In this document: positions 1 to 9,839 of the stretch, one piece after another
Layout of the letters: every line of letters begins with the position of its first letter
Numbering within the stretch: position 1 is the stretch's first letter
Source: Patescibacteria group bacterium
GTDB lineage: Bacteria > Patescibacteriota > CPR2 > UBA1875
Length of the DNA stretch: 64,000 nt
Direction: 5' to 3'
NCBI GenBank assembly: GCA_041737595.1
Contig: JBGSRK010000010.1
Span: 1 to 64,000 of the forward strand
Translations under genes and position numbers: made by a program
The notes under the pieces: model-generated
What the model saw: the letters and a program-made list of their open reading frames with translations, nothing else
The model's database searches: none
What the model was told of the DNA's origin: nothing

Positions 1-441
1 TTTCCACCCCTCTTCCCCCGCGACTCGAAACGGCCCGAACTAAGGGCTAGCTAGCAAAAATCCCCGTGTCCGCCCGAAACGTCGAAAAAATTGCCGAGAT
101 GAGCCCGCCCTCCTTACAGCCTTCGCGCAAGGCTACGGCGTACAAGTCGCATAAAGCTACGGAACGGGCAAGCGCGAACTGTAGAAACCCCAAAAAACCC
201 GAGGAAAACCCCGAAAGTGCCCCGATCAGGCCTCGTCCCGCCCGAAGTGGGTTCGAGCATCGTCGAGAACACACCACCAAAAATATATTCACGCCCTTGG
301 GTGAAAATATATTATTAATGAATTGGGGAATTGAGTACTCCTGCTTGATAAAAAGTTTATTTATAAAAATAGTGATTATTATTAGATTAGTTATTAGATA
401 ATCCATGAGATAATTGTTATGAATATCAGTGAGAAGCTCAG

Positions 442-462
442 CGAATCTCCTCAGGTCCACCA
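442..462 (+). other. tRNA-Ala/tmRNA-like 3'-end remnant (possible att site)
   Basis: CGAAT-CTCCT-CAGGTCC-ACCA reads as the end of a T-loop, a T-stem 3' strand, and an acceptor 3' strand with U70 and A73-CCA. No matching 5' half lies in the window. Confidence 0.6.
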
Positions 463-467
463 ACAAT

Positions 468-1469
468 ATGGAATCAAAAAAAATAAAAATTGCAGTAATT
501 TCGGGAGGACCTTCATCAGAACATGAAGTATCCCTTAAAAGTGCAAAAAATGTAATAAAGGCTCTTGATTTAACAAAATTTGAAATTTTGAGTATCCGAA
601 TTTCAAAGGATGGTTTATGGTTTGATGAAGTTAAAAACCTAAATTTAAGTGAAAAAGAAGGCTTATTACATCTTAAAAAAGAGAAGGTAGATATTGTATT
701 TATCACAATTCATGGTGAATATGGAGAAGATGGCACAATCCAAGAACTTTTAGAAAAACATAAAATAAAATATACAGGTTCAAATAGCAATGTTAGTAAA
801 GTTGCGATGGATAAGGTATCTTCTTCTAAAATTTTAACTGATGCAAATCTTAATGTTCCTTCATTTATTTCTATTAATAAACATGATTATGATCTAGAAA
901 AGAACAAATATATTGAAATCGCAATTGAAGCTTTTAATTTTCCACTTGTTGTAAAACCAACAGATAGGGGCTCTAGTGTAGGGATAAAAATTGTTTTAAA
1001 TAAAAATGAACTAGAACCAGCAATCTTGGGTGCTTTTAAATATTCAAAAAATATTATGATTCAAGAATTTATTAAAGGGCGTGAATTAACATGTGCAGTT
1101 TTGGAAGGTAAAAATGGAGAAGACATTCCCCTTATCCCAACCGAAATAGTGCCTGATTCAAATTATGACTTTTTTAATTATGATGCAAAATATCTCCCTG
1201 GTGCAAGTATTGAAATTACTCCACCCGATCTTTCTAAAAAAATGATATTAGATATTCAAAATGCTGCCATAAAAGCACATACTGGGATTGGATGTACTGG
1301 GATTTCAAGATCTGATTTTATTTTAAAAGATAAAGTTTTATATATTTTAGAAATTAATACCATCCCTGGGATGACAGAAACAAGTCTACTACCTCAAGGA
1401 GCAGCAGCCCTGGGGATTGAATTTTCAATACTAATTGAAACAATAATAGAATCTGCACTAAGAAAATAA
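468..1469 (+). CDS. ddl: D-alanine--D-alanine ligase
   Basis: GGPSSEHEVS, HGEYGEDG, GSSVG, YDAKY and EINTIPG motifs. ATG at 468 preferred over the track's GTG at 429. Confidence 0.95.
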   Translation: MESKKIKIAVISGGPSSEHEVSLKSAKNVIKALDLTKFEILSIRISKDGLWFDEVKNLNLSEKEGLLHLKKEKVDIVFITIHGEYGEDGTIQELLEKHKIKYTGSNSNVSKVAMDKVSSSKILTDANLNVPSFISINKHDYDLEKNKYIEIAIEAFNFPLVVKPTDRGSSVGIKIVLNKNELEPAILGAFKYSKNIMIQEFIKGRELTCAVLEGKNGEDIPLIPTEIVPDSNYDFFNYDAKYLPGASIEITPPDLSKKMILDIQNAAIKAHTGIGCTGISRSDFILKDKVLYILEINTIPGMTETSLLPQGAAALGIEFSILIETIIESALRK

Positions 1470-1483
1470 AAAAATAAAAAAAT

Positions 1484-1519
1484 AAAAAGCGGCTATTTTA
1501 CTAAATTTAACCGCTTTTT
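1484..1519. terminator. probable bidirectional terminator
   Basis: AAAAAGCGG...CCGCTTTTT inverted repeat between convergent genes. Confidence 0.55.
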
Positions 1520-1528
1520 ATGTTTTTA

Positions 1529-1702
1529 TTAAATTAAGTTAGAAAGATAATAAAATCCAATTGCTATAACTGTTAATATTGCGCTTCCGGCGAGAAATGC
1601 AATAAACATTCCAAAACCAAACTTAAAACCTTCTACAACCCCAAAACTATGACACTTAAAGTTTTCATTGATTTTTTTATCTTTGGTTTCTTCTTTTGCC
1701 AT
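1529..1702 (-). CDS. small membrane protein, 57 aa (not in ORF track)
   Basis: MAKEETKDKK...GFKFGFGMFIAFLAGSAILTVIAIGFYYLSNLI*; ATG lies 1 nt after the upstream gene's stop. Confidence 0.7.
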   Translation of the reverse strand: MAKEETKDKKINENFKCHSFGVVEGFKFGFGMFIAFLAGSAILTVIAIGFYYLSNLI

Positions 1703-1703
1703 T

Positions 1704-1982
1704 TTAAAGACCAGAAAGATCAGTTGAATCTAACTCTTTAATATCTTTATCTACTTCAGAAAGATCTAAATCCACATCTTTTTCAAGTTCTGTTTTTATT
1801 TCTGTAAGTGATGTGTCTTCTGCTGTTGGCTCAGGAGTAATATCTTCTACTTCAACTTCTTGTGGCCCCCATACATATTCGTATGTTGCCCAACCAGCTA
1901 CGCCCATTACAAAAACTAAAATAGCGATAATCGTGTAAAATTCCCATCTTTTCAAACCAATTACTTCTTTTTTTTCTTCCAT
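1704..1982 (-). CDS. hypothetical single-pass membrane protein with acidic tail
   Basis: GGAGGG Shine-Dalgarno (SD), one TM helix, acidic C-terminus. Confidence 0.8.
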   Translation of the reverse strand: MEEKKEVIGLKRWEFYTIIAILVFVMGVAGWATYEYVWGPQEVEVEDITPEPTAEDTSLTEIKTELEKDVDLDLSEVDKDIKELDSTDLSGL

Positions 1983-1995
1983 ATTCCCTCCGAGC

Positions 1996-2754
1996 CTATT
2001 CGGCAGTTTTAATTAATTGAACTAATTCAACTAGAGTAGTTCTTGCATCAAGAATTTGAGTTTTTGCTTCAACAAAATCTTCAGCAAGTATTGCTGCTCT
2101 TGCTGCATCTATTTGAGTCTTTGCTTCAGCTTCAAGAATTTCCATTTTAGTTACATCAACACCATCTGTTTTTAATTCTGTAACCCTAACAACTAATTTG
2201 TCATAAATTACAGTTATTTTTTGGCTAATTTCTGTTAAACGAGAGGTATGAATTTCAGAAACTACATCTTTTACTGCATTATAACTTAATCTCATTTGAG
2301 TTCTTGTTTGAGTTAATACCCCTTTAACTTCATCGACTGTTGTTGCAACAGCTATTCTTGCTTTAAGCTGTTCCATTAAAGCAATTTGCGATTCAATTCT
2401 TGATTGTATTAATGCTTTGTTTTCAGCTGTAATATTAGTCATAGCTTGAACTCTAGTTTTTGTCTTTTCATATTTTTTGATTGAATTTGCAACTGCTTTT
2501 TCAGCCTGTGTTTTTACTTTTTCTAAAATTTCTTCTTTTAGCTTTTCTTTGATTGCTGTTTTTGCATCATTCATTTCTTGAATTTTAAGCTTAACATCAT
2601 CCCCAAAATTTACCGCTCGAGTATTTACTTGAGTTTGGACCTGGACTTCATTTTTATTCTCAGTCTGTGTTGCAGGTACATCTTCTGTAGCTGCAAAAAC
2701 CATAACTGGGACCAAAACCAACCCTAGTATGGCTAAAGTTAAAGACTTTTTCAT
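1996..2754 (-). CDS. secreted coiled-coil protein
   Basis: Signal peptide ending VFA, helical K/E/A-rich body, AGGAGG SD. Confidence 0.8.
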   Translation of the reverse strand: MKKSLTLAILGLVLVPVMVFAATEDVPATQTENKNEVQVQTQVNTRAVNFGDDVKLKIQEMNDAKTAIKEKLKEEILEKVKTQAEKAVANSIKKYEKTKTRVQAMTNITAENKALIQSRIESQIALMEQLKARIAVATTVDEVKGVLTQTRTQMRLSYNAVKDVVSEIHTSRLTEISQKITVIYDKLVVRVTELKTDGVDVTKMEILEAEAKTQIDAARAAILAEDFVEAKTQILDARTTLVELVQLIKTAE

Positions 2755-2828
2755 TATTCCTCCTGTTTAATATTTTTTTATCTACTCTATTAATTATAAC
2801 AACTCTGTCAATATATGCAAAATTAATC

Positions 2829-3674
2829 TTATTCAAATTTTATTATCATAAACCTTTCTTTATTTGCATAATCAGATAATATTTTTATTTTGAAATTACT
2901 AAATATTTTTTCTGCCATCTTTATAATTAATTTGCTATGAGTATGATCAATTTCACAATAAATAACTGTACTTTTTGTTACATGTTTTTTTATTTGATTT
3001 AAAAATCTTTTATAAACCTCAGTTCCATTTATCCCACCATCTAGTGCAATAAGTGGTTCATATCGAATCACATCTTCATCAAGATATGGTAATCTTTCGT
3101 TTGGAATATATGGAAGATTTGTCACAACTATATCAAATTTATTATCCCCCCATGGTTCAAATAAATCTCCTTTTTTAAAATCTATTTCTAAATTAAGATT
3201 TTTGGCATTTTTTTTCGCGACAATAAGTGCTCTTTCTGATATATCTGATGCAGAGCAAATCGAATTAGGTAATTCTTTTTTTAATGCACATATTATAGCT
3301 CCACTACCTGTCCCAATATCTAAAATACTAATGTTTTGTTTATCATTTTTTATATTTTCAAGTACTTCTTGTATTAATATTTCTGTTTCTTGCCGAGGTA
3401 TTAAAACATCTTGATTTACAATAAAATCCATCCCCCAAAATTTTAATTTACCAATTATTTGCCAAACTGGTTCGTGTTTTGATCTTCTTTCGACCCAATT
3501 TTTATATGTTTTTTCTTGTTTTAAAGAAAGTTTTTTATTTAAATTCGCATAAATATATTCTAAATTTTTATTAAGTACTTGAAATAATAAAAAACTAGCA
3601 GAGATTTTAGAATCTCTTATTTTATTTTTATTTAATAAATCCTCTGCCCATTTTAGAGATTCTTTAATAGTCAT
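2829..3674 (-). CDS. prmC: release factor glutamine methyltransferase
   Basis: VLIPRQETE, LDIGTGSG, NLPY, and EPLIALDGG motifs. Confidence 0.95.
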   Translation of the reverse strand: MTIKESLKWAEDLLNKNKIRDSKISASFLLFQVLNKNLEYIYANLNKKLSLKQEKTYKNWVERRSKHEPVWQIIGKLKFWGMDFIVNQDVLIPRQETEILIQEVLENIKNDKQNISILDIGTGSGAIICALKKELPNSICSASDISERALIVAKKNAKNLNLEIDFKKGDLFEPWGDNKFDIVVTNLPYIPNERLPYLDEDVIRYEPLIALDGGINGTEVYKRFLNQIKKHVTKSTVIYCEIDHTHSKLIIKMAEKIFSNFKIKILSDYANKERFMIIKFE

Positions 3675-3680
3675 AAAAAG

Positions 3681-4958
3681 TTAAAAAATAAATTCTTTTT
3701 TATTTATCTGTACTTTATCGCCAATCCCCGCACCCTGTCTTTTAAGTTCTTTATCTACTCCAATTTTCTTCATAATATCTTTAAATCTTTGAACAGCATA
3801 AGGGTTAGAAAAATCAGTTCTAACTGCAAATCTTTCGATTTTAGGACCAGTTAATACATATTTATCATTTTCTTTTTTAACCTCAAAAAAGTCCTTAGAA
3901 ACAATATCTTCCATAGTAAAAACTTTATAATCTTCTACGGGTTCTATTTTTTTATTCTTTTTCGCTTCTTTAGCAAGTTTCTTTTCTATTTCATGTAAAA
4001 GTTCTGGTAAATTTTTATGAGCCACCGCTGATATTAAAATAATTTTACTTTTAACTACTTCTTGTACTTTACTTAGTTTTTTTTGAAGCTCATCTGGCGG
4101 TACGGATTCAATTTTATTAATAATAACTATTTCGGGTTTGTCTGAAAGATCAATTACATAGTTTTTTAATTCTTTTCTAATCACCTGATAATCATCTTTT
4201 AAATTTTTATGCAGACCATCAAGAAAATGGACTAAAACCTTTGTTCTTTCAATATGCCTAAGAAAATCATCACCAAGACCCTTTCCTTTAGAAGCCCCTT
4301 CAATTAAACCTGGAATATCTGCTGCAATAAAACCCTTTTCTACTCCATAAGTCCCTTCCTCTATGACTCCAAGATTTGGGATTAATGTTGTAAATTCATA
4401 ATCAGCAATTTTTGGTTTTGCGGCCGAAACAACAGAAAGTAAGGTAGATTTCCCAACATTTGGGAGCCCAACAAACCCGACATCTGCAACCATCTTTAAT
4501 TCAAGTATGATATTTAATTCCCCACCTGGTTCGCCTAGTTCAGCCACTCTTGGTGTTTGTCTTACTGAAGTTGTAAAATGAGCATTCCCAAAACCTCCTT
4601 CACCACCTTTTGAAACAACAATTTCTCCGGCTTCAGAGAGATCCCCTATATGATCCCCTGTTTCTTCATTTATTAAAATTGTCCCAACTGGAACTTTAAT
4701 AATTAAATCTTCACCATTTTTACCATGACATTTTCTTTTTCCACCTCTTTCTCCACTTTTTGCAACAAGCTTATGATGAGTTTTAAAATAATATAATGTA
4801 TTAAGATTTTCGTCCGCCTGAAAAATTACACTCCCGCCTTTTCCTCCATCACCACCATCTGGGCCACCAAATTCTCGATATTTTTCATGCAAAAAAGAGA
4901 CGATTCCATCGCCCCCATTACCTGCCTTTACATATATTGATACCTTATCGCAAAAAAT
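3681..4958 (-). CDS. obgE: GTPase ObgE/CgtA
   Basis: GGPDGGDGG, GLPNVGKS, YEFTT, DIPG, NKI motifs and a C-terminal OCT-like domain. The frame extends to an ATT at 4958 (FCDKVSIYVKAGNGGDG) after GGAGG. Confidence 0.95.
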   Translation of the reverse strand: MFCDKVSIYVKAGNGGDGIVSFLHEKYREFGGPDGGDGGKGGSVIFQADENLNTLYYFKTHHKLVAKSGERGGKRKCHGKNGEDLIIKVPVGTILINEETGDHIGDLSEAGEIVVSKGGEGGFGNAHFTTSVRQTPRVAELGEPGGELNIILELKMVADVGFVGLPNVGKSTLLSVVSAAKPKIADYEFTTLIPNLGVIEEGTYGVEKGFIAADIPGLIEGASKGKGLGDDFLRHIERTKVLVHFLDGLHKNLKDDYQVIRKELKNYVIDLSDKPEIVIINKIESVPPDELQKKLSKVQEVVKSKIILISAVAHKNLPELLHEIEKKLAKEAKKNKKIEPVEDYKVFTMEDIVSKDFFEVKKENDKYVLTGPKIERFAVRTDFSNPYAVQRFKDIMKKIGVDKELKRQGAGIGDKVQINKKEFIF

Positions 4959-5018
4959 ATTATCCTCCGCTGTTACTGTCTGTATTATATTTCAAAAACT
5001 GTATTATTGATAGTAAGA

Positions 5019-6317
5019 TTAAAAATAAGCCATTGGGTTAACTTTAGAACCATTTTTAATAATTTCAAAGTGAAGGTGAGAACCCGTTGAACGTCCAGTT
5101 GAACCCATATAGCCAATTACTTGCCCTTTAGAAACATATCCACCCAACATAACAAGTGTTGTCATATGAGCATATCTTGTTTGAAAACCATCCCCATGAT
5201 TTATTAGAATAGTATTTCCATAACCGCCATTATAACCGTATCTTGCTTCAGTTATCTGACCATTATCAGCTGCATAAATTGGTGTACCTATACTATTTGG
5301 AATATCAATTGCCCACCAGTGATAGCCATTATAATAACCACTTCTTCCAACAATTGTTGGGAATTTGAATGAACCAGTACGTGCAATATAGCTTGAACTA
5401 CCATAACGCCCTGTAGTAGTGGTTTTTACTGTTGCAACAGCAACTTTTGGTGTAGGAGGTGGATCTATTTTCCCATCAGGAACAATTATTTGCATCCCAA
5501 CAATTAAATCTTCACCAAAAAGATCATTTTGAATTTCAATTTCAGAAGCAGTAGATTTATATTTTGATGCGATACCTGCAATTGTTTCCCCAGATTTTAC
5601 GGTATGAATAATCCCTGTGATTGTTGGGACATTTATAGTAGCTCCAGGTTTCACAAAATTCTCATCAGTAATATTATTGGACCATTTTATAGAATCAGTT
5701 GTAACACTAAATTCTTTTGCAATACTCCATAATGTGTCCCCATTCACAATTGTATATTTTATAAATTTTTCTTTAGAATCAAGAGAACTCTCTGTTGTTG
5801 TAATTGGTATATTTGCAATCGCATCACCAGCCATAGCAATTTCAGCTTTTAACTGACGATTATTTACCTCTTCATAAGCTTCATTTGACATGTTCTGGGA
5901 TATATATGCCGTTGTCATTGCGAGTGTTTCAATGTCTGTTATTTCGGTTCCAATTTCATCTTTCCCTTTTGTCATTTCATAAACACCAAATGGGTCTACC
6001 TTACCAATATCCGATTTGGAAGCAACTTTTTGGATAGGAGCCGGGATTCCAGAAGAAAGAACAATTAGAATCATTATAACTAACGCAAAATGTGTAACCT
6101 GTCTTACTGGTCTAAAAAATATGGTTTTAAGTCCATATACAAAATCTTGCCACGATTTTTTCGAGGTTGTCTTCGCAGTTTCTGCCTTTCCTGCAATATC
6201 AAGATTTTTATAGCCAACTGATGTTTTTACTCGTATTTTCCGAGAACGAGCTCGGAATTTATCTATTTTTGCTAAAAAAACTAGTTTTAGTCCTTTTAGG
6301 CTAAATCTTCTTAAAAT
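5019..6317 (-). CDS. LysM-domain M23 peptidase
   Basis: Two LysM repeats (GDTLWSIA, GETIAGIA) plus M23 motifs HWWAID, YAH and HLHFE. The frame is open to an ATT at 6317 after AGGAG. Confidence 0.9.
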   Translation of the reverse strand: MLRRFSLKGLKLVFLAKIDKFRARSRKIRVKTSVGYKNLDIAGKAETAKTTSKKSWQDFVYGLKTIFFRPVRQVTHFALVIMILIVLSSGIPAPIQKVASKSDIGKVDPFGVYEMTKGKDEIGTEITDIETLAMTTAYISQNMSNEAYEEVNNRQLKAEIAMAGDAIANIPITTTESSLDSKEKFIKYTIVNGDTLWSIAKEFSVTTDSIKWSNNITDENFVKPGATINVPTITGIIHTVKSGETIAGIASKYKSTASEIEIQNDLFGEDLIVGMQIIVPDGKIDPPPTPKVAVATVKTTTTGRYGSSSYIARTGSFKFPTIVGRSGYYNGYHWWAIDIPNSIGTPIYAADNGQITEARYGYNGGYGNTILINHGDGFQTRYAHMTTLVMLGGYVSKGQVIGYMGSTGRSTGSHLHFEIIKNGSKVNPMAYF

Positions 6318-6396
6318 GGGAAACTCCTATTTTATCGAAAGACGTCAAAAATTATAACAATCCATTTATTAAAAGTCAACTAACACTAGATATAAA

Positions 6397-7206
6397 TTAA
6401 GTTGCAATATCTCTTTTTTGGAATCGCCAAATTGAAAGCGTCAAAAAAATAATTATTGTTGTTGAAAAAACCAAGATTGACCAGTCGGGAATTTGATTTT
6501 TCCCAAAAACTGTCGGTGCGTCAAAGTAATGAAAGAAAGAAAAATATTTAATATTTTCTAAACTTTCTTTAAGACCAGAAATAATCTTTAATGCATACAT
6601 GACTAACAGGACAGATGTAGTTAGCATTGTAGAACGACCTTTTTCAGAAAAAAGCACCGAAAAAAATGTCGCCATTGAAAAAATCGCAAGACCACAAAAG
6701 ATACCCACAAAACTAACTGTGGCATAATTTGCTACTTGATAATTAATCCCATGAATTAATGCTGCTCCCAATATTCCATAAGCCGATACAATAGTTAAAA
6801 TAGTTATAGCTAAAGAACCACCGAAAAATCTCGATAAAAGTATTTTTATTCTTGAAATGGGCTGAGCTAGAGTAAATTCAATTGTTCCACTTTCTATCTC
6901 GCCAACACAAATTGCATTTGCAAACGATATTGCCATAATCGTCACAAGTATTGGCCAAAAAAAACTAAAATATTCAGTAGACATATATGTTTCTAACTTA
7001 GAAAACATCGAATTTGCACTGTCCATTCCAAAAGCATCCATAAACCCTTTTGGGAAAGCCCCCATCATTTTATCTAGCTCTGCTGCCTGGGCTTGGATTG
7101 CAGGGAAAAGAGCAACGTACATTTCAATGAACCCAAGTGCGCCTACACAAAACCACAAAATCATATTTGACTTATCTTTAATAAATCTTATAAAAACGCC
7201 CCACAT
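6397..7206 (-). CDS. ABC-2 type transporter permease
   Basis: About 6 TM helices, GEIESGTIEFTLAQPISR motif, C-terminal FQKRDI. Confidence 0.9.
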   Translation of the reverse strand: MWGVFIRFIKDKSNMILWFCVGALGFIEMYVALFPAIQAQAAELDKMMGAFPKGFMDAFGMDSANSMFSKLETYMSTEYFSFFWPILVTIMAISFANAICVGEIESGTIEFTLAQPISRIKILLSRFFGGSLAITILTIVSAYGILGAALIHGINYQVANYATVSFVGIFCGLAIFSMATFFSVLFSEKGRSTMLTTSVLLVMYALKIISGLKESLENIKYFSFFHYFDAPTVFGKNQIPDWSILVFSTTIIIFLTLSIWRFQKRDIAT

Positions 7207-8135
7207 TATTTTACCTCTCCTCGATCATTTTTTTGTTTAACGTTGACATAATATTTTAAGAATATTTCTTCTAGGCTCGCGTGAGTTATTTCAATATCAT
7301 TAAATTTGTAAGTAGATATCTTTTTTACAATTGAATTTAAATCACCTCCAACGGTTAAAATTAAGCCCCTGGGTATTTCTTCAACTTTTTCTACCCCATT
7401 TATTTTAAAATCAGAAGGTTTAAATTCACCCGTGAATTGAACTACTACTTTATGAAGTCTTTTGCCTCCAAGCTTTGAAACAGGTTCAACTGCTACCATT
7501 TTACCCTGCTTTATTATCCCAACTCTATCACAAAGTCTTTCTACTTCATTAAGATTATGGGATGAAATAATAATAGTTGTTCCAAGTTTTTTCAAATCTT
7601 CTAAGACTTCATAAATAAGTGTTTGGAGCAAGGGATCAAGCCCTACTGTTGGCTCATCCATTATAAGTATTTCGGGTTTAGACATTAGAGACAAGACTAG
7701 ACCGAGTTTTTGTTTATTCCCAGATGAAAGATTTTTAAACTTTTTATTAATATCAAGTTCGAACTTATTAGAAAGTTCTCGTGCATTTTCTGATTTACCT
7801 CTTATAGATTCAATATATTCAATATGTTCTTTACCGGTCCATTTATTATTTAATCTTACATTTCCAGAAAGATACCCAATTTTTGATTTTAAAAATACAC
7901 TATCTTTAATTGAATCTTTCCCAAAAACTTTTATTTCCCCTTTTGTTGGATGGATAAAATTCATAATACAACGAATAGTAGTTGTTTTACCTGCACCATT
8001 TGGACCTAAAAATCCAAATGTTTCACCTTTTTTTACAGAAAAAGTTATTCCATCAACTGCTTTTACGGGTGGATTTTTTATTGTTGCTAGAAAATATTTT
8101 TTAAGATCTTTTATTTCTAATGCATTCATAATCAC
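7206..8135 (-). CDS. ABC transporter ATP-binding protein
   Basis: Walker A GPNGAGKTT, signature LSSGN, Walker B IMDEPT, SSH loop. Confidence 0.95.
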   Translation of the reverse strand: MIMNALEIKDLKKYFLATIKNPPVKAVDGITFSVKKGETFGFLGPNGAGKTTTIRCIMNFIHPTKGEIKVFGKDSIKDSVFLKSKIGYLSGNVRLNNKWTGKEHIEYIESIRGKSENARELSNKFELDINKKFKNLSSGNKQKLGLVLSLMSKPEILIMDEPTVGLDPLLQTLIYEVLEDLKKLGTTIIISSHNLNEVERLCDRVGIIKQGKMVAVEPVSKLGGKRLHKVVVQFTGEFKPSDFKINGVEKVEEIPRGLILTVGGDLNSIVKKISTYKFNDIEITHASLEEIFLKYYVNVKQKNDRGEVK

Positions 8136-8800
8136 TTAATTTTATTATTTTTTGCTGATAGTGTCAAAAATTCTTCAGGATATTCTTGATATTCAATATT
8201 TTTTTCAGAAGCTCGCTTAAGGACACTAATATAGTTTTCATGTTCTATTAGTAAAAGTCTTTTTGCTAAACTTTCATAATTATCAGACTTTAATACCTTA
8301 CATTTTTTTATACCAACAACTGGGCCTTCATCATATTTTGAAGTCGCAATATGGACACTTGAAAACGTATAAGGATATTTATATTTTGTCTTTTGTGCCC
8401 ATTTTAAGACTGATTCATGCACAAAATGACCCCACATTCCTTCTCCACCAAAATATGGGACTGCACCTGGATGAGAATTAAATACTAAAAATGAATCATT
8501 TCTGGTTATTGGGAATAATCTTAAATATCCTGCAAGAACCACAAAATCAACATTCTCCCGTGTAAGTTGGGTTACGATTCTTTTATGAAAATCATCTGTA
8601 TTTTCTTGTGCTCTTTTTTGGACAAATTTAATCCCCATTTTTTGAGCTTTTTCTAGTGCGCCACAATCTCTGTCAGCAAAAATAAAACACATATCTAAAT
8701 TAATCTTTTTAGATTTTATTGCTTTTGCAATAGCCTCAAATGTAGTCCCACCCCCAGAAACTCCAACGGCAAGATTAAATTTTTTTTCTTTATTTATCAT
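8132..8800 (-). CDS. purN: phosphoribosylglycinamide formyltransferase-like formyltransferase
   Basis: SGGGTTFEAI, VVLAGYL, NSHP, and YDEGP motifs. Confidence 0.8.
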   Translation of the reverse strand: MINKEKKFNLAVGVSGGGTTFEAIAKAIKSKKINLDMCFIFADRDCGALEKAQKMGIKFVQKRAQENTDDFHKRIVTQLTRENVDFVVLAGYLRLFPITRNDSFLVFNSHPGAVPYFGGEGMWGHFVHESVLKWAQKTKYKYPYTFSSVHIATSKYDEGPVVGIKKCKVLKSDNYESLAKRLLLIEHENYISVLKRASEKNIEYQEYPEEFLTLSAKNNKIK

Positions 8801-9760
8801 TTACAAATATTTAACCTTATTTATATTATGACCTTCAACCGTTGATGAATAGTAAATTACTCCATCTGGAGCTGCTAAAAAATATAAATAATTAGATTTT
8901 GTTGGATATAAAACAGCTTGAATTGATTGGATTGATGGATTACAAACTGCACCAAGTGGTAAACCTGATATTTTATAAGTGTTATAAGGTGAATCAACTT
9001 GAGTGTCTTCCCAGGTTACATTCTTTTTTGTTGAATTAAGAGCATATAAAACAGTGATATCAGATTGAAGTGGCATCCCAATTTCTAAACGTTTTTCAAA
9101 TACTCCGGCTACTAATTTTCGATCTGTTTCTTCGATTGCTTCTCTTTCTACTATTGAAGCAAGTGTAACAACTTCAAAAGTGTTCATACCTGATTTTTTT
9201 ATCTGCTCACGATCATCATTAGATAACTTTTTATTAAAGTTATCTAACATCTTTTTTACAATATCATCCGCGGTTGGTTTTAATGAGACTTGGTAGGTAT
9301 CAGGGTACAAAAAGCCCTCTAAACTATCACCTTTTTTAAGCTCTTTTAGAAAATCATATTTGTATTTTTCAGGGTCATACTTTACAGCGCTTTCCCAATC
9401 ATTACTGTTAATTATTGTATTAGCTGTAATTCTTCCCTGTATTTTTTGGTTAGTCCAACCCTCGGGGATTGTTATTTTTGTTGTTACCACTTTACCAAGT
9501 GTAATTACTTGAGAAAGATCGACCATATTTAAATTCATAGGAATTTGGTATTCTCCTGCTTGGACTTTTCCAGAAAGACCCTTATATTTTAAATATAATC
9601 CAAATACAAATTTATTTTTAATTAATTTTTCATCTGATAAACTATTTGTAATTTCATCTAAACTCTCACCAGATTTAACTACAAAATATTTTGATTCAGT
9701 TGAGCTTGAATTAGGTTTATTTATTGTGCTTGATATACTAAAAAATAAAATTGTAAAAAT
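8801..9760 (-). CDS. mltG: endolytic transglycosylase MltG (5' end appears disrupted)
   Basis: TIPEGW, LEGFLYPDTY, ASIVERE, SPYNTY and GLP motifs. The frame is open up to 9760, then an in-frame TAA at 9761-9763. Confidence 0.9.
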   Translation of the reverse strand: MFTILFFSISSTINKPNSSSTESKYFVVKSGESLDEITNSLSDEKLIKNKFVFGLYLKYKGLSGKVQAGEYQIPMNLNMVDLSQVITLGKVVTTKITIPEGWTNQKIQGRITANTIINSNDWESAVKYDPEKYKYDFLKELKKGDSLEGFLYPDTYQVSLKPTADDIVKKMLDNFNKKLSNDDREQIKKSGMNTFEVVTLASIVEREAIEETDRKLVAGVFEKRLEIGMPLQSDITVLYALNSTKKNVTWEDTQVDSPYNTYKISGLPLGAVCNPSIQSIQAVLYPTKSNYLYFLAAPDGVIYYSSTVEGHNINKVKYL

Positions 9761-9839
9761 TTATAATACTCCAATCAAAATTATGGTTTTTATCGCAATT
9801 TTTTTTTATTTAGCATTTGGTGTTTGTGGTTTTATTCTA

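Noticed and set aside
280-441. Group I intron core upstream of the tRNA-like remnant
   Set aside because: No recognisable P7/R/S conserved elements; kept only as a minor alternative to the att model.
47-706. ORFs 47..706(-) and 66..401(+)
   Set aside because: The first is largely antisense to ddl and both cross the GC-rich repeat region. Neither has an SD or recognisable motif.
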